From: Alkanindiges sp. WGS2144
GTDB taxonomy: Bacteria; Pseudomonadota; Gammaproteobacteria; Pseudomonadales; Moraxellaceae
Direction: 5' to 3' (one strand)
Assembly (NCBI RefSeq): GCF_043950625.1
Contig: NZ_CP171007.1
Length of the DNA stretch: 32,000 nt
In this document: positions 29,337-32,000 of the stretch, in pieces
Position numbering within the stretch: the first letter of the stretch is position 1
Layout of the letters: every line of letters starts with the position of its first letter
The notes under the pieces: model-generated
Told to the model about the DNA's origin: nothing
What the model saw: only the letters and a program-made list of their open reading frames with translations
Databases searched by the model: none
Position numbers and translations under genes: made by a program

Positions 29337-30803
29337 ATGGAATTGATTCATGATTTTATTCAGGGTAACGCCAACTGGTTCTACTTGATTGGCGCAGTAC
29401 TGTTTATTTTAACCTTGCGTGGCCTGTCTGGCCCAAAAACAGCTATTGCTGGCAACCGTTACGGCATGATCGCTATGGCGATTGCTGTGATAACCACGTT
29501 CTTTGTGGCAGACAATCCGGTCATCTGGATGATTCTGGTGGCGATGGCTGCTGGTGCGGTAGTGGGCATTGCCCGTGCGCGTACTGTACCCATGACCCAG
29601 ATGCCTGAAACTGTAGCGTTGATGCACTCACTGGTGGGTCTGGCTGCGGTACTGATCGCTATTGCTGCAATCTTGCATAACAACGCTTTAACTGCGATTG
29701 AAAGCAGCAACGCGGGTACACTGGCAACCGCAGGTATTGAATATGCACAAATGACCAAGGTTCATTTGTTTGAACTGTTTGTGGGTTGTTTTGTGGGTGC
29801 AATTACCTTTACGGCATCGGTATTTGCTTATGGCAAGCTGGCCGCCAAAAAATGGGCTAAAACCATTAAGGGTGGCTGGGTAAAACCGGTTCAGGCACTT
29901 ATTTTTATTGCTATGCTGGCTGCTGGGATTCACTTCTTTGTGACAGGTAATATGCAGTCATTCTGGGCCATGACCGTTCTGGCACTGGCGTTTGGGTGGG
30001 TGTGGATTGCGCCAGTAGGCGGCGGCGATATGCCGGTGGTGGTATCCCTGCTGAACTCATTTTCTGGCTGGGCGGCGGCAGGTATTGGTTTTACCTTAGA
30101 AAACAACATGCTGATTGTGGCAGGTTCTCTGGTCGGTTCATCCGGTGCGATTCTGTCTTATATCATGTGTAAGGCCATGAACCGTTCTATTATCAATGTC
30201 CTGTTTGGTGGCATTGCTACCGCTGGCGCTGCTGCTGGTGCAACAGATGGCGAGCAGGTTCAGCGCAATTACCGTTCCGGTTCTGCCGATGATGCAGGCT
30301 TCCTGATGTCCAATGCCGACAGCGTGGTAATTGTACCAGGTTATGGGATGGCGCAAGGTCGTGCGCAAAACGCGGTTAAAGAGCTGGCTAACCTGCTAAA
30401 AGAGCAGGGGGTAACGGTGCGCTTTGCGATTCACCCGGTAGCCGGTCGTATGCCGGGTCACATGAACGTGTTGCTGGCCGAAGCTGATGTTGCTTATGAA
30501 GACATTCTGGAAATGGATGAAATCAACTCTGATTTCCCGGCAACCGATGTGGTACTGGTGATTGGTGCTAACGACGTGGTTAACCCTGCGGCTAAAGATG
30601 ATCCAAGTTCGCCTATCTATGGCATGCCAATTCTGGAAGCCCACAAGGCGCGTACCATTATGGTGATCAAACGTTCCATGGCAACGGGTTATGCAGGTCT
30701 GGATAACGACCTGTTCTACAATGACAAGACCATGATGATCTTTGGTGACGCCAAGAAAGTAGTTGAGGATATGACCAAAGCCATTAATGGTACAGGTCAC
30801 TAA
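29337..30803 (+). CDS. pntB: NAD(P) transhydrogenase subunit beta
   Basis: 488 aa. The N-terminal half is polytopic membrane. The C-terminal dIII NADP(H) domain carries GYGMAQGRAQ and HPVAGRMPGHMNVLLAEA. Confidence 0.95.
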   Translation: MELIHDFIQGNANWFYLIGAVLFILTLRGLSGPKTAIAGNRYGMIAMAIAVITTFFVADNPVIWMILVAMAAGAVVGIARARTVPMTQMPETVALMHSLVGLAAVLIAIAAILHNNALTAIESSNAGTLATAGIEYAQMTKVHLFELFVGCFVGAITFTASVFAYGKLAAKKWAKTIKGGWVKPVQALIFIAMLAAGIHFFVTGNMQSFWAMTVLALAFGWVWIAPVGGGDMPVVVSLLNSFSGWAAAGIGFTLENNMLIVAGSLVGSSGAILSYIMCKAMNRSIINVLFGGIATAGAAAGATDGEQVQRNYRSGSADDAGFLMSNADSVVIVPGYGMAQGRAQNAVKELANLLKEQGVTVRFAIHPVAGRMPGHMNVLLAEADVAYEDILEMDEINSDFPATDVVLVIGANDVVNPAAKDDPSSPIYGMPILEAHKARTIMVIKRSMATGYAGLDNDLFYNDKTMMIFGDAKKVVEDMTKAINGTGH

Positions 30804-30821
30804 GCTGCTGTTGTAAGCATA

Positions 30822-30855
30822 AAAACCGTCTCAATTTGAGGCGGTTTTTTGTTTT
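30822..30855 (+). terminator. rho-independent terminator of the pnt operon
   Basis: ccgtctca / tgaggcgg stem (one G-U pair) flanked by aaaaa and ttttttgtttt. Confidence 0.8.
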
Positions 30856-30945
30856 GGTGTTCTCCGCAATGCTTTGTATTGGATAGAATGCAAAGCGAAA
30901 ATTATTCTTCTAGATGATAAAAACTACTGGGCGTTGGGAAAACTT

Positions 30946-32000
30946 ATGTCAGATATTCATTCCAGAGAATTTGCCCTGTTAATGGCATTACTCATGTCGG
31001 TGGTATCGTTTTCAATTGATGCGCTACTCCCTGCGCTGGGCTATATCGGCCATATGTTTCAGGTAGAACAGGCCAATAGTGTGCAGTGGGTCATTACTGG
31101 TATTTTTGCAGGCATGACGTTTGGGCAACTCATTGCCGGGCCATTATCTGATGCTATTGGGCGTAAGCCAATCCTGTTTACCGGTATTGCTATTTATTTT
31201 GCAGGTAGCGCATTGTGCTATTTGACCCAGAGCTTTGAGTGGTTTTTAGTGGGCCGCTTTATTCAGGGTCTGGGCGTGGCAGGGCCTTATGTCGCTACTA
31301 TATCCGTAGTACGGGATAAGTATAGCGGCACACAAATGGCGCGGGTCATGTCGCTCATTATGATGGTGTTTATGGTTGCGCTTGCTATTGCTCCTGCCAT
31401 TGGGCAATTGATTATTAACCTGGCAGGCTGGCGTGCCATTTTTTTAATGTACATTGGTTATGCGCTAATTATTGGCATATGGCTGGCCATCCGTTTGCCA
31501 GAAACCTTATTCCAGCACAACGCGTTCCCTTACGTGTTAAGGCTTTTGAGCATGGTTTTGGTGAGGTGATTCGTAATCGCACAACCATGAGTTATTTGCT
31601 ATGTACCGGGCTGTGCTTCGGTGGCTTTATTGGTTATTTAGGCACCTCGCAGCAGATTTTTATGCAGCAGTTTGGCAAGTCAGGGCAGGAGTTTAGTGCT
31701 TATTTTGCGCTGCTGGCTGCCTTGATGGGTGTGGCGTCTTTTACCAATTCACGTCTGGTGGAAAAAATAGGCATGCGGCTCATTTGCATTTACGGCATGC
31801 TGGCAATTATGATGATGTCCCTGACATTTTTAATGATCCAGTACAGTGGCATTCAAATCATGTTCTGGATGTTCATGCTGTATGCCTGCATACTATTTTC
31901 GTTGTTTAGCTGTTTGTTTGGCAATTTAAATGCCATCGCCATGGAGCCTATGGGTCATGTGGCGGGTATGGCTTCTGCCATTATTGGTGCGTCAGCATCT
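30946..32000 (+). pseudogene. Bcr/CflA-family MFS drug-efflux transporter, reading frame broken near 31510; 3' end lies beyond the window
   Basis: The frame from the ATG at 30946 reads a Bcr-like N-terminal half (PLSDAIGRKPILF, VRDKYSG...RLPETL) and stops at 31569. The homologous continuation (PAQRVPLRVKAFEHGFGEVIRNRTTMSYLLCTGLCFGGF...) is in the -1 frame, which is open from 31419 to the window end. Confidence 0.7.

Noticed and set aside
30874-30945. Upstream TTG start at 30874 for the Bcr-like gene.
   Set aside because: The added residues (MYWIECKAKIILLDDKNYWALGKL) overlap the pnt terminator flank and are not MFS-like. The ATG at 30946 begins the conserved region.

Overview
This window looks like chromosomal DNA from an Acinetobacter-like member of the Moraxellaceae. 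Three things support that placement: the tmRNA tag ANDETYALAA, a BlsA-like BLUF gene, and the gene orders sucAB-lpd-sucCD and carA-carB-greA. About 85% of it is ordinary core metabolism: the 2-oxoglutarate dehydrogenase and succinyl-CoA synthetase genes, trpS, carAB, greA, glpK, dusA, pntAA-pntAB-pntB, and several MFS/DMT transporters. RNA genes are ssrA (tmRNA, +) and tRNA-Pro(GGG) (-). One small two-ORF IS5-superfamily insertion sequence lies between carA and a hydrophilic-repeat protein gene. I found no CRISPR array, no recognisable defence, toxin-antitoxin or secretion system, no integrase and no prophage. I cannot honestly point to a multi-gene novel system here. The parts most worth follow-up are listed below.
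- A visibly AT-rich ~2.2 kb islet sits between the facing 3' ends of ssrA and tRNA-Pro. It carries a BLUF photoreceptor with an apparent C-terminal membrane anchor, a small hydrophilic protein and a DUF488 protein.
- Two neighbouring hydrophilin/LEA/apolipoprotein-like coiled-coil genes sit next to the IS; one has 87-bp tandem coding repeats.
- A promoter-proximal hairpin plus U-tract lies in the carA leader and may be an attenuator.
- A Bcr/CflA-type MFS gene is interrupted by a 1-nt frame break.
- A translationally coupled DUF808-YpfJ pair and several orphan secreted proteins are also present.
All functional calls rest on motifs read by eye from the supplied translations. No database search was run.
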